Shown in pieces: positions 10,054 to 19,860 of a stretch of 64,000 nucleotides of DNA. Numbering within the stretch: the first letter of the stretch is position 1; each line of letters opens with the position of its first letter. Below the pieces are notes generated by a model that was given only the letters and a program-made list of their open reading frames with translations, had not been told where the DNA came from and ran no database searches. The position numbers and the translations under genes are program-made. The stretch spans positions 64,001-128,000 of the forward strand of contig JANRKS010000022.1 of the NCBI GenBank assembly GCA_033763315.1. Reading direction: 5' to 3'. Source of the DNA: Deltaproteobacteria bacterium. Lineage in GTDB: Bacteria; Myxococcota_A; Polyangia; Fen-1088.

Positions 10054-10509
10054 TCAAGAGCGGGATTTTGGCAAGTGTCCTGAATCTGGAAAAAGCCTAT
10101 GAATCGCTTCATGCCGATGCGATGACGGCGCTGGCAGCGGAGCTGATGTATCCAAAGCGTCTTCTGGGCAAACTTCAACGCAACGGTTACACGAAATGCA
10201 CCGCAGTTCGTCTATCTCGAACAGCAAAGGCTGCGGCCGCGCGCCAGGCGCCACCAAAGCACGCTCAACTGTGAGACAATTCGTCGGGCAAGCGGCTGCG
10301 CACAGGCCGCACGCCACGCAGCGAGGCGTTTCGTCTTTGAGGAGTTTGAGGCGCAAACCACCCGGTGCAGGTGGCACCGCCGGTGCGGGCGCCGGCTGTT
10401 CAATCATATGCGCAGCGGTGGCCCACAAACCAGCGCCGACGCCCAACAGATCGCGGAACAACCCCCCAGGCCGCGGGCGCGCCACCAACACGAAGCGCGG
10501 GCTCTTCAT
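10054..10509 (-). CDS. nuoI: NuoI-like 2[4Fe-4S] ferredoxin subunit
   Basis: CVACGLCAAACP and CISCNRCVEVCP; ATG at 10509 overlaps nuoH stop. Confidence 0.8.
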   Translation of the reverse strand: MKSPRFVLVARPRPGGLFRDLLGVGAGLWATAAHMIEQPAPAPAVPPAPGGLRLKLLKDETPRCVACGLCAAACPTNCLTVERALVAPGARPQPLLFEIDELRCISCNRCVEVCPEDALDTSAPLPAPSSHRHEAIHRLFPDSGHLPKSRS

Positions 10510-11624
10510 GCGGCCCCCGTGTTGTGCACGAACACACGCCAAACCAAAGCGAACGCCAACGTGAGCACACCCAACGGCACCAAACGCCGCCACACAAGGT
10601 CCAAGATCTGATCAGGGCGCGGCCTCACCACGGCACCGCGTGCCACTTGTTGAACCGAGCACGCCAGGGCCACCTTCGCCGCGAACGAAAGCCACGACAC
10701 GAACACAAAGATGGCGTGCATCGCGTGCGTCGACAGCCAACCCTCGCCGGGAAAATGCCACGCGCCGAAGAACACCGTCACCACCAACGCGCTGGCGAAC
10801 ACCGAACGCACAAGTTCGGCCAGACGAAACAAGCCCGCGCGCATGCCGGAGTACTCAACCAGCGCGCCAATCACTTCGCCACGCCCATCGTCTAGGCTAA
10901 ACGGCGTGCGAGGCGCACCGACAACAAGGGCTGTCCACAACACCAAGAACGCAAGCAGATGAGGCACACTCCAGATCGCCCACTGCCACGGCCACTGTCC
11001 TTGCGCCGCTACATAATCGGCGGGGTTTAAAGATCCCGTCAGCACCGCGAGGCTCAACAACGCCAGACCGACGGGCACGCCATAAGAGGCGGTCTGAAAA
11101 ATGTGCCGTAGTCCGGAAAACAAGGCCCATTTGCTCCGCGACGACCAGCCCGCCATGGCGGCGCCAAACACGAACAACATCGAGCCCACGACGAACATCA
11201 CCAAGCCTTCGTCGATCTCGATCACCTGCATTGGCAGCGCTTGGGGGCACGCGTTTGGCGGCACGGTTTGCCACAACTGCCCGAGGCACACAGGCGCTGA
11301 CAACGGCAACGTGGCGCCCAAGCAAAGCGCGCATGCCAACGCCCACAGCGGCGCCACCACAAACAGCCCGCGGTAGCCCTGTGGCGGGATCAGATCTTCT
11401 TTGAAGATAAGTTTGATCGCATCGACGAACACCAAGGATAGGCCTTTGGCACGCAAGGCCCCACGCGTGCCCAGCAGTGCGCCACGTGACACGAGCAAAG
11501 GTGATTCACGCCGCTCAAGCGCGGCCAGCACGAATGAAAGGCCCACACCCGTGATCACCACAAAGATCATTTTGAGCAGCGACCACAGCAAAACAAAACC
11601 AAACGTGCCTGAGGCGGCGTTCAT
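10506..11624 (-). CDS. nuoH: Divergent NuoH/ND1-family membrane subunit
   Basis: LERR, DAIKLIFKED, GWSSRSKWALFSGLR, RTPF, EYSGMR, RPDQILDLVWRRLVP; about 8 TM helices. Confidence 0.88.
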   Translation of the reverse strand: MNAASGTFGFVLLWSLLKMIFVVITGVGLSFVLAALERRESPLLVSRGALLGTRGALRAKGLSLVFVDAIKLIFKEDLIPPQGYRGLFVVAPLWALACALCLGATLPLSAPVCLGQLWQTVPPNACPQALPMQVIEIDEGLVMFVVGSMLFVFGAAMAGWSSRSKWALFSGLRHIFQTASYGVPVGLALLSLAVLTGSLNPADYVAAQGQWPWQWAIWSVPHLLAFLVLWTALVVGAPRTPFSLDDGRGEVIGALVEYSGMRAGLFRLAELVRSVFASALVVTVFFGAWHFPGEGWLSTHAMHAIFVFVSWLSFAAKVALACSVQQVARGAVVRPRPDQILDLVWRRLVPLGVLTLAFALVWRVFVHNTGAA

Positions 11625-13144
11625 GTTTGTGACTCCTCGATCAACGAGGGGTGACGGCGCAACAGATGCCCGCGCACGTCCGTAAGGTTATCGAAACCCA
11701 GTTCCACGCCCAGGCGGCGCGCCAGGTGGTTGATCAGTTCCCAACCGGGTAAGGCATCCCCCTGTGGCGCGCTCACGGGCCTCAACGCCTGTGGGTGCCC
11801 TGCCCCATTGACGAAGCTGCCCTGCGTTTCTGTGAACGGCGCCAGCGGGAAGGCGACTTTCGCGATCGGGACCAATGGATCTTCATACACGCTGGCCACA
11901 ACCAAAACCGGCGCGTTTTGCAGGGCTTGCACAAGCGCGGCGAACCCAGGCGGTGCCAGCTCGATGGGGCCAACAACCAACACAGCGGTCACCGTGCCCG
12001 CGTTGAGATCGATTGGCAGTTGTTCAAGCGCAACAGCACGGTTGGCAAGCACGGCGACCGCCGCGCGGTTGGCGCTTTTGTCACCAGATACAAGCGGCGG
12101 CAGAGGTTGACCATCGTTGTGCGCCCACACATACGTTCGCGTGGCCAAGGCGCGCTCGATGGCGAAGGCAGAGATGGCACACAAATCAAACGTGGACGCC
12201 TGCGCCGATAGCACCACGCCCAGAGTGCCTGCTTTCATCGCTGGCGCCAGCAAAGCTGACGCGGCATCAAGGGCGCGATCCCATGAAACCACCGCGCCAC
12301 CCGCCACAGGCACCGACAGACGAGGCCACGGAGGGGGCAATGGCAACCGGTAGCCTTCGTCGCACAGAAAATGCGCGCCGCCACGTGAGGACACGCGGCG
12401 CAACTGACCGTGATCGTGATGCAACCACACAGGGCAGCCCGTGGCACAGCGGGGGCACACCGAGGGCGTGGCCTGCGTGGTCCAGCGTTGTGTCTGCGGC
12501 ACACGCTTAGCCGTAAACACGCCCGTAGGACACAGCTCGGTGAAGGCCAACGCGTAAGGCGCGTTGAGCTTCTCCTCTTCGTTTACCACCAAGACCGGGG
12601 CGTGGCCTGGTTCCGCTTGCAAAGACAACAACGGCACCTTGAGCACGTGGTTCGCAAATGAGGTGCAACGCGTGCAGCCGACGCACAATTCTTTGTGCAA
12701 CACCACTTCATCGCCCAAGGCATCGCTGTGCGTGCCCGCCGGCAACGCGTTTAACGTTATGGCTGGCGATGGCACGGGTGCGCTGCGCGCCAACGCGTCT
12801 TGCAACCCACACGCACCCGATTGGTGGCAGACGGAACACGCGCTTGGGTGCTTCGCTGCCACCTGGGCCAGGGCTTGACGTCGTGCCACCACTGCCGCTT
12901 TGCCGCGGGTGTTGATCACGGCGTCTGCACGCAGCGGTTCGCGGCAAGCGCGCACCACCATGCCGTTGGCAATCACCTGGCAACTACCGCACGTGCCTGC
13001 GCTACTCACACTATCATGCGCGCACAAAGCCACCACGCCCGCTCCTGCCGCTTCACACGCTTGCAGCACGGTGGCAGGCGACGCCACGCGCACGACTTCA
13101 CCATCCACCGTGGCAAGCAACGCTGGCGCGCTTAGCGATCGCAT
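11621..13144 (-). CDS. nuoG: Short, divergent NuoG-like Fe-S subunit
   Basis: C..CxxC..C (N1b-type), HxxxCxxCxxxxxC (N5), CVGCTRC..CP (N4), CPRCATGC..C (N7); C-terminal ETQGSFVN motif. Confidence 0.85.
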   Translation of the reverse strand: MRSLSAPALLATVDGEVVRVASPATVLQACEAAGAGVVALCAHDSVSSAGTCGSCQVIANGMVVRACREPLRADAVINTRGKAAVVARRQALAQVAAKHPSACSVCHQSGACGLQDALARSAPVPSPAITLNALPAGTHSDALGDEVVLHKELCVGCTRCTSFANHVLKVPLLSLQAEPGHAPVLVVNEEEKLNAPYALAFTELCPTGVFTAKRVPQTQRWTTQATPSVCPRCATGCPVWLHHDHGQLRRVSSRGGAHFLCDEGYRLPLPPPWPRLSVPVAGGAVVSWDRALDAASALLAPAMKAGTLGVVLSAQASTFDLCAISAFAIERALATRTYVWAHNDGQPLPPLVSGDKSANRAAVAVLANRAVALEQLPIDLNAGTVTAVLVVGPIELAPPGFAALVQALQNAPVLVVASVYEDPLVPIAKVAFPLAPFTETQGSFVNGAGHPQALRPVSAPQGDALPGWELINHLARRLGVELGFDNLTDVRGHLLRRHPSLIEESQT

Positions 13145-14370
13145 TCGCCCCCCACAACGTTAAACAAACAATAGGTCGGCACGACATCGGACACCGCGTG
13201 GGTGGGCAAGATGTGGCTCAACATTGCGGCGTTCGCAAAGCTTGGCGCGCGCACACGACACTTCACGGGGCGCGTACCGCCCTTTGAAACGATGAAGAAA
13301 CCAAGCTCTCCGTTGGCGGCTTCAGTGGCGCTGTAGACCTCGCCGGCCGGCACAAACGGCCCTTGCGTGGCCAGCGATTGCAGCGCCGCCTGCGCCCACA
13401 CCTGCGTTTGCCTCACTTCCAAAGCGGGTGGAACAAAGGTGGGATCGTCGAGCAACACAGGCCCCGGGGACAAGCGGCCGATCGCCTGCTCCACAATTCG
13501 CAACGACTGCCGCAGCTCCTCCATACGCACGGCGTAGCGATCCCAGTTGTCGCCATGTTCGCCAAGCGGCACATCAAAGTCGTAATCGTCGTACGCAAAA
13601 TAGGGCGCGTCCTTGCGCACGTCACATGCCACACCACTGGCACGCGCCACAGGGCCAGTGAGCCCCCACCCACGCGCTGTGGCTGCATCGATCGCACAAA
13701 TGCCGCGGGTGCGTTCGCGAAACATCGGGTTCTCACCCAGCAGCCGATCCACGCGCCACACGATCCGCCGCAAACCGGGAGAAAACGCACGGAACGCTGA
13801 TACCCAATCATCGGGTAGATCGCGGGCCACTCCCCCCAAACGAATGTACGGGGCCCCAAGCCGCGGCCCCGCGGCCGCTTCCAGCAAACGCCACAAGCGC
13901 GCCCGCGCGTCCATCATCAGATAAAACGCGTTCGAGGCGCCAAGCGACAATGCGGTGGCCCCCAAACACGTGAGGTGATCACCGATGCGTGAAAGTTCCC
14001 CGACGATCACGCGCAAACGCAAAGCCCGCAGCGGAATATCGGCTTGCACACCCAGCAAACGCTCAACCGCCAGAGCGTAACCGGCGGCGTTGAGCAGCGG
14101 TGATACGTAATTGAGCCGTTCAACAAGCAACAAAGTCTGGTCGTAAGGAGAGGATTCAGCTTCCTTTTCAAAACCACGGTGAAGCAAGCCCACTTGCACG
14201 TCGGCGGCGCGAATGGCCTCGCCTTCCACTTCAAGCACGATGCGCGTGGAGCCACGCAACACCGGATGTGAAGGGCCCAACACCAAACCCAAGGAATCGC
14301 CACCCGCCGACGGCAGATCCAAAACCAAGCGGTGGGCACGCTCTTTTCGCCGGTGTTTTATGGGTGCCAC
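13132..14370 (-). CDS. nuoD: NuoD (49 kDa) subunit, divergent
   Basis: GPSHP, GLLHRGFEK, RLNY, GELSRIGDHL, GGVARDLP, EAANGELG, RVRAPSF, C-terminal GECDR; no NiFe CxxC pairs. Confidence 0.93.
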   Translation of the reverse strand: MAPIKHRRKERAHRLVLDLPSAGGDSLGLVLGPSHPVLRGSTRIVLEVEGEAIRAADVQVGLLHRGFEKEAESSPYDQTLLLVERLNYVSPLLNAAGYALAVERLLGVQADIPLRALRLRVIVGELSRIGDHLTCLGATALSLGASNAFYLMMDARARLWRLLEAAAGPRLGAPYIRLGGVARDLPDDWVSAFRAFSPGLRRIVWRVDRLLGENPMFRERTRGICAIDAATARGWGLTGPVARASGVACDVRKDAPYFAYDDYDFDVPLGEHGDNWDRYAVRMEELRQSLRIVEQAIGRLSPGPVLLDDPTFVPPALEVRQTQVWAQAALQSLATQGPFVPAGEVYSATEAANGELGFFIVSKGGTRPVKCRVRAPSFANAAMLSHILPTHAVSDVVPTYCLFNVVGGECDR

Positions 14371-14373
14371 GGC

Positions 14374-14901
14374 TTAACCCTGCCCTAATTTTGACAGCGG
14401 CCCCACGCGCACCAGTGGTTGCCGGCGTTGCTTTTCGTAGTCCTTGCGCAACGGGTGCCCCATGAATTCGGCGTAGAGCAAGATCCGCCGCAGATCGGGA
14501 TGCTCTGTCACGCGCAAACCATAAAGATCGAAGGCTTCACGCTCGAACCAATTGGCCCCCGGCCACAACGATGTGACGCTGGGCAAAGCCAGCTCACTCG
14601 CACGCAAGCGCGTACGCAAAGCGACACGCGTGCCGCCGCCGGCGGCAAGCACAAGCTGCACCACGAAGCGCCCCGGCGCCCGCGGCGAAGTGTTCGGCAG
14701 CCACAAATCAGTGACGGTGAGATCGATAAACGTGGCGCAGCCTTCGCGGTGCAGCCAGGCCGCGCTCGTAAGCCACGCACCGCGCGCCACTTCGATCCAC
14801 ACAAGCCCTGGGCTGCTGCCCGTGGCAACGGCGGGGTGACCTTGGTCGCGCAGCAAAGCTTGCAACGACGACCAATCGTGCAACGCCACAGCCACCGTCA
14901 C
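14374..14901 (-). CDS. nuoC: NuoC subunit
   Basis: [33 protein letters not shown]; GTG at 14901 overlaps nuoB stop. Confidence 0.9.
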   Translation of the reverse strand: MTVAVALHDWSSLQALLRDQGHPAVATGSSPGLVWIEVARGAWLTSAAWLHREGCATFIDLTVTDLWLPNTSPRAPGRFVVQLVLAAGGGTRVALRTRLRASELALPSVTSLWPGANWFEREAFDLYGLRVTEHPDLRRILLYAEFMGHPLRKDYEKQRRQPLVRVGPLSKLGQG

Positions 14902-15446
14902 GCTGGCTTTCCTTTGCCACGTTTCCGGGGCGGCGCCTTTGGCTTGCGTTGCGGTAGGTGCGGCCGAATGCGAACCAAGGATCCCGTGGCGGCGGGCATC
15001 TCTTGCGCGGGTTGGCCGCCGATGCGTGTGCGCAATTCTTTGAGCGCCCACAAGAATTGTTCAGGGCGAGGCGGGCAGCCCGGAACATACACATCCACAG
15101 GCACCACCTGATCCGCTCCGGGCACAACGGCGTAGTTTTGGTAAAGCCCGCCGCTGGCGGCGCACGCACCAAAGGCAATCACCCATTTGGGATCGCCCAT
15201 CTGTTCGTACACCCGCCGCAACGCGGGCGCTTGCCGTTCGGTGATTGTGCCCACCACCACCAGCAGATCGGCTTGGCGCGGGGAGGCTTTCGGCAAAGCA
15301 AAGCCGAAGCGCGACGAGCCGTGCCCCACAGTGGCCATGAACTCAACGCCACAACACGCACTGAGAAACGGATACTGTTCGACCGAGTGCTTGCGGGCCC
15401 ACGCCACAACGGCGTCCACACGGGTTGTATGGATCTCAAGTTGCAT
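14898..15446 (-). CDS. nuoB: NuoB (N2 cluster) subunit
   Basis: [36 protein letters not shown]; ATG 15446 overlaps nuoA stop. Confidence 0.93.
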   Translation of the reverse strand: MQLEIHTTRVDAVVAWARKHSVEQYPFLSACCGVEFMATVGHGSSRFGFALPKASPRQADLLVVVGTITERQAPALRRVYEQMGDPKWVIAFGACAASGGLYQNYAVVPGADQVVPVDVYVPGCPPRPEQFLWALKELRTRIGGQPAQEMPAATGSLVRIRPHLPQRKPKAPPRKRGKGKPA

Positions 15447-15865
15447 CAGGAATTCCAGGCACCGGCACGCGTGCCGCGCACGTGCAGCCACGCCACCAGC
15501 AGCACAACCGCGAAGGTCAGCCCCGCCGCCCACAAGTTGCTGCCAGGCACACAATCCGCCGCCACCGCACAGGCAGGGCCTGGCCTCCAGGCGCGCTGCC
15601 CAACAAGCATGGCCCACGGCAGCAACAGTGCCACCGCCATGTCAAAAACCAGAAAGGCCAGCAACATGGGGTAAAGCCGCAGCGCCATGGGTGCGTGCGC
15701 GTCGCCCAGCGCTTCTCCGCCGCCTTCAAACGACAGGCCCTTGGCCGATCCCGGCGCCGCACGGCGGTTCGGCCCAAATCGACCCGCGAACAAAGAGACA
15801 GCCGCGCCAACCCCAGCGCTCACCAAAACGGCCACCACGGCGGGCAAATACTCTGCGGTCCTCAT
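15446..15865 (-). CDS. nuoA: NuoA subunit, divergent
   Basis: 3 TM helices, 'SFEGG' at the usual YECG position, FLVFDM..LLPWA; ATG 15865 with purine-rich upstream sequence. Confidence 0.8.
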   Translation of the reverse strand: MRTAEYLPAVVAVLVSAGVGAAVSLFAGRFGPNRRAAPGSAKGLSFEGGGEALGDAHAPMALRLYPMLLAFLVFDMAVALLLPWAMLVGQRAWRPGPACAVAADCVPGSNLWAAGLTFAVVLLVAWLHVRGTRAGAWNS

Positions 15866-15969
15866 CGTCCCACCTGCCCTTCCATTAAACGGCCGCGCGC
15901 CGCTCCCGTCAAAGAAGTGCGGAAGAACCGCGGAAGACCGCACATTTACACATTTGACCAAGACGGGGT

Positions 15970-16000
15970 TTGACGTAGGCCCTACACATTTTTATACCAT
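15970..16000 (+). promoter_or_regulatory. Putative sigma70-type promoter of dsbA
   Basis: TTGACG then TATACCAT (17-19 nt spacer), ending 7 nt before ATG 16008; same layout as the site upstream of tRNA-His. Confidence 0.4.
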
Positions 16001-16007
16001 TGCAGCA

Positions 16008-16961
16008 ATGCACGCACACCGGCCCCGGATTCTTGGAGGCCGCCCCTTGGGGTTGGCACTGTTGTTGGCGCTTCTTTGCCCCATGGTGGCGGTGGCGTGC
16101 TCGAAACGCACACCAGACGTTCATGTGGCACAAGCGGCACCCGCTCCCACAGCCAACGCCAATACGGCGGAGGCACCAAAGGGGGCCGCAGCGGACGACG
16201 AAACCCCGCCCCCGGGCATCGACCTTTCGTCACTGGATTCGTTCGAGCGCAAGGTGTTCTTCCGCGTCGTCAACAAGGAAGCCTCGGCGTGCGGCAAAGC
16301 CCACAGCCTGATGTTTTCGTTAAAGAACGACCCTGGTTGTCGCAAATCTTTCTATGCCGCCCGCTACGTGGCGCGATTGGTGGAAGGAGGCTTCACAGAT
16401 TCAGAAGTCACTGAGGCGGTTGATAAGCGTTTTCGCAATCCCACCGTCGTGAAGCTGGATCCGACGGGAGCTCCGATCAAAGGCAGCAGCACCGGGCGAG
16501 TAACGTTGGTGGAGTTCGTTGACTACGAATGCCCGCACTGCAAACGCGTGCAACCGGTTTTGCGGCAAGTGGTGGATGAATTTCCAAATGACGTGCGGGT
16601 GGTCATGAAGCATTACCCGTTGTCGCAGCACACGAACGCGCGCTTGGCGGCCACAGCGGCCGTGGCGGCCCACATGCAGGGCAAGTTTTGGCCTTACAGC
16701 GAAAAGGTGTGGGAAAACTCTGAGTTTCTTACGCCCGCGCTGCTTGAAAAACTGGCCAAGGACGTGGGCCTTGATGTGACCAAATGGCGCAAAGATTCAG
16801 AATCGGAAGCCGCCAACGCCATTGTCGAAAAGGACAAAGCCCAAGGCGGTGCCGCCGGCATCCGGTCAACACCCACCATCTACATCAACGGCAAACTATT
16901 CACAGACTCAAGAGACGTGGAAAGCCTCCGAGATTGGATCACGGAAGAGCTGGGGCGCTAA
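16008..16961 (+). CDS. DsbA-family thioredoxin-fold lipoprotein
   Basis: Lipobox-like AVAC, EFVDYECPHC active site, STPT cis-Pro loop, extra N-terminal Cys pair. Confidence 0.9.
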   Translation: MHAHRPRILGGRPLGLALLLALLCPMVAVACSKRTPDVHVAQAAPAPTANANTAEAPKGAAADDETPPPGIDLSSLDSFERKVFFRVVNKEASACGKAHSLMFSLKNDPGCRKSFYAARYVARLVEGGFTDSEVTEAVDKRFRNPTVVKLDPTGAPIKGSSTGRVTLVEFVDYECPHCKRVQPVLRQVVDEFPNDVRVVMKHYPLSQHTNARLAATAAVAAHMQGKFWPYSEKVWENSEFLTPALLEKLAKDVGLDVTKWRKDSESEAANAIVEKDKAQGGAAGIRSTPTIYINGKLFTDSRDVESLRDWITEELGR

Positions 16962-16965
16962 CCGC

Positions 16966-17526
16966 ATGACACAGGTTGGTTTTTCGCGACGCCACTTTGG
17001 CAAAACGGTGGGTGGCGGTTTGCTGGCGCTGCCGTTTGTTGGGTGCGCCACAGGTGGTGCAGGGGTTGGCACCACGGGGCAAGCGGTGGGCGCCGTGGTG
17101 GTGGGGCAACCCATCCCCGATCTCAAACTCGCCGGTGTGGGCGGCCGTGGAAGCACAAGCCTTGTGGCGCTGCGAGGCCAGGTTGTGCTGTTGGACGTTT
17201 GGGCGTCCTGGTGCGAGCCCTGCAAAGTGGAGCTGCCGATGTTAGACGACATCGCGCGACGCTTGTCCGGCAAGAATGTGGTGGTGGCCGCGGTGTCGAT
17301 CGATCAGGAGGTGGAGAACATGCGCCTGTTCGTAGCCACTCGGAAGAAGTGGGCCTTGCGGTTCTTTCACGATCCGGCGGGCGCCGTGGCCGAACGTTTG
17401 GCCCCTCCGAAGATGCCCACGTCGTACGTGATCGATCAGCAGGGTGTGGTCCGCATGGTGAACACGGGCTTCGAGCGCTCGGATGCCAAACGCATCGAAC
17501 AGCGCTTGGTGACTCTGGCGGGCTGA
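16966..17526 (+). CDS. TlpA/ResA-family thiol:disulfide oxidoreductase, Tat-type lipoprotein signal
   Basis: SRRHF twin-arginine, FVGC lipobox-like, WASWCEPC, MPTSYVID. Confidence 0.9.
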   Translation: MTQVGFSRRHFGKTVGGGLLALPFVGCATGGAGVGTTGQAVGAVVVGQPIPDLKLAGVGGRGSTSLVALRGQVVLLDVWASWCEPCKVELPMLDDIARRLSGKNVVVAAVSIDQEVENMRLFVATRKKWALRFFHDPAGAVAERLAPPKMPTSYVIDQQGVVRMVNTGFERSDAKRIEQRLVTLAG

Positions 17527-17571
17527 CAGAGTTTAGGGAAACGCGCGACCTTCCGATCAGGGTGGGTCGAC

Positions 17572-19860
17572 GTGGCGTGCAGAAGTGACAAACACAACCG
17601 GCAGAGGCTTTCAGCGGCCGCCGTTTTGCTGCTGCTGACGGCATCCCCCGGCCCAAGCATGGCGCAAACGCCGTCACGAACGCCTGCGCCCACCAAAACA
17701 CTGCCTGGCGGTCCTGTGCGCATTCGTGTGTCGCCTAGTGGCAGCATCGAGCTGGCAGCGCCACCTCAAGTCGTGACGCCAGCGAAGCCTGCGCCCGCCG
17801 CACGCGTATCCGCGCCCGCCGCCCCAAAGCCTGCAGCGCCCGCAGCAGCAACGCCCGCACCTGTGGTAAACGCCGCGCCACGGCCCAAAGCGCCCAGCTT
17901 GCCCGAGGCGCCCCCGCGGCCCACGCCCACAACGGTGCCTACGAACGACGCCGCAAACCCGTTCGCGCGCGTGCGGTTGCAAGGCCCCGTGACACCCGCG
18001 TTGGCGGCGGGGCTCAAGAAGCTCGCCACACCCAAGGAGGCGCCCCCACCCGCAGCCTCAGAGGTGCCAGACGTGGCCGATGAAACGGCGGCACCGGTTC
18101 CGTTTCATCAAGGCCTGGCACCGCTGCGGCCGCGAACGATGGCGCCAGACCAGGGGCCAACGTTGCTGCTGCCGCCTGCGCGTCCGTTCTTCGTTGAAGG
18201 TGAGCTCGAGGCATTCGTGGTTCGCCCGGTCACGCGGCGCAATTTCGTGGGCGTGGGCGCTGGCGTGTCGTCGATTCCCAATGACGCCAACACACTGCTG
18301 AACACCTTCTTCATCTCGATCGAGCCGCAAGTGGATGTCGTGAACGAGGCCTACAACTGGAAGCTTGGTTTAGGCGCTCCTTTGAATTTGCGCTTGCTCG
18401 ATACGCGTGGCGCTTTTGAGCAATGCCTTGATGGTGCGCGCGCGCTGCGAGCGCAAGGCGGCACACAAGACGCCGTTTCGGCGTACACCGGCTCGTGTTT
18501 GATCGATAGCAAAGACAACCTCACGCAAGGCATCGGCACGCTTCGCAAGGAAGACTGGGATGAGACCTCTGACTACGCCAAGGTGATGCGTTACTTCACG
18601 GTTGGCAAACCTGAAAACGACTTCTTTTTGAACATCAGCCGCCAGTTCGATCAATCGCTCGCGCATGGCACTGTGATCCGCGACTACAACGCGAACATCA
18701 ATTTCAACACGTCGCGCTTGGGCGCCACGATGGACTTTAACCGCGCCGCGATCGGCATCCAAGGCCTGGCGAACGATCTTGTGCGCCCCGACGTTCTCGG
18801 ATTGATGCTGTTTTTGCGGCCGTTTCGGCCATTCTCCGAAAACGTTTTGATGCGGAGCCTTTCAATGGGCTTCACCTACGCGCACGGAGTGAACCAGCCG
18901 CGGCGCCTGCTGTACGAACCAGGATTGTTTGCGCCCGCGTTCGACCAGCCGATTCCGAAGGTGGACGATAAGCTGAACATGATGGGCGCCGAATTTGGCG
19001 CGATCGATGTGTATGGCGTGGATCTGGAAGCCAAAGTGGTGCGGCTTTCGGAAAACGATCTCAAGATCTACGGCGACTTTCAAAAGATGAAAGGGTTCGG
19101 CTCAGGCATGACGTTGGGCGCGCTGTTTCGTTATTCAAAAGGCCAGCCCGCCACCCAAGCGCTGCGGGCACGCGCTGAACTGCAGTATTTCTCCGCCGAT
19201 TATCTGCCCAGTTACTTTGATACGTACCACGACATCTTCCAGAACCAATACCTGCCGGCGACCTACACAGGCTCGAACGGCTTAAGCTACAGCCCCACCA
19301 AGTGGCAATACCTTGAAGCCGCGCGCGGCGGCAAACCGCGGATTGGCGGATACTTTGAGGTCACGCATTCATTCTTGGACAAGTTGACGCTGGGCGTGGC
19401 GGGCCGCATTTGGCGCCCCGTGGGCTCACCCACCGACGCGAACTTCGATGGCCTTCGCTTTCCTGATTACGGCCCCAAGTGCACGAGCAAGAACGACGGC
19501 GACCTGGATTGCGGCAGCAAAACCGTGCAAGTGGCCGACAAGGGCTTCACGTCTTTGCGTCTGCGCGCTGAGCTGCCCTTCCGCAAGTTCCTGCAGGCCT
19601 TCGCGAGCTACGAAGTCTTCTCCGCGAGCCAAGAAGGCAGCTTGGGTGCTTTCAAACTCGACGGCGACAACGAAATCTTGTTTGGCGGCGCGCGCTTGAT
19701 GTTACTGCCGTTCTTGTTCTTCCAGGCCGAGACGCGGCGCTACTTCTTTCTCCAACGCGTGACCAACATCAACCTCGATACGGCCACCGTGGAACAAGAC
19801 CAGCGCTACCACGCCAACTGGACCTTCGCGTTTAGCATTTACGCCGGCTACGAGTTCTAA
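17572..19860 (+). CDS. Large putative outer-membrane beta-barrel protein with Pro/Ala-rich N-terminal linker
   Basis: Signal peptide, low-complexity linker, many alternating strands, C-terminal YAGYEF (Bam-type signal); start uncertain. Confidence 0.7.
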   Translation: MACRSDKHNRQRLSAAAVLLLLTASPGPSMAQTPSRTPAPTKTLPGGPVRIRVSPSGSIELAAPPQVVTPAKPAPAARVSAPAAPKPAAPAAATPAPVVNAAPRPKAPSLPEAPPRPTPTTVPTNDAANPFARVRLQGPVTPALAAGLKKLATPKEAPPPAASEVPDVADETAAPVPFHQGLAPLRPRTMAPDQGPTLLLPPARPFFVEGELEAFVVRPVTRRNFVGVGAGVSSIPNDANTLLNTFFISIEPQVDVVNEAYNWKLGLGAPLNLRLLDTRGAFEQCLDGARALRAQGGTQDAVSAYTGSCLIDSKDNLTQGIGTLRKEDWDETSDYAKVMRYFTVGKPENDFFLNISRQFDQSLAHGTVIRDYNANINFNTSRLGATMDFNRAAIGIQGLANDLVRPDVLGLMLFLRPFRPFSENVLMRSLSMGFTYAHGVNQPRRLLYEPGLFAPAFDQPIPKVDDKLNMMGAEFGAIDVYGVDLEAKVVRLSENDLKIYGDFQKMKGFGSGMTLGALFRYSKGQPATQALRARAELQYFSADYLPSYFDTYHDIFQNQYLPATYTGSNGLSYSPTKWQYLEAARGGKPRIGGYFEVTHSFLDKLTLGVAGRIWRPVGSPTDANFDGLRFPDYGPKCTSKNDGDLDCGSKTVQVADKGFTSLRLRAELPFRKFLQAFASYEVFSASQEGSLGAFKLDGDNEILFGGARLMLLPFLFFQAETRRYFFLQRVTNINLDTATVEQDQRYHANWTFAFSIYAGYEF

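Noticed and set aside
9807-10274. 155-aa plus-strand ORF after the kdp regulator
   Set aside because: TTG start, no motif, 3' half antisense to nuoI.
13132-15446. Group 4 [NiFe]-hydrogenase interpretation of the nuo-like cluster
   Set aside because: Large subunit lacks the N- and C-terminal CxxC pairs and ends GECDR; NuoB has tandem CC; no maturation genes.
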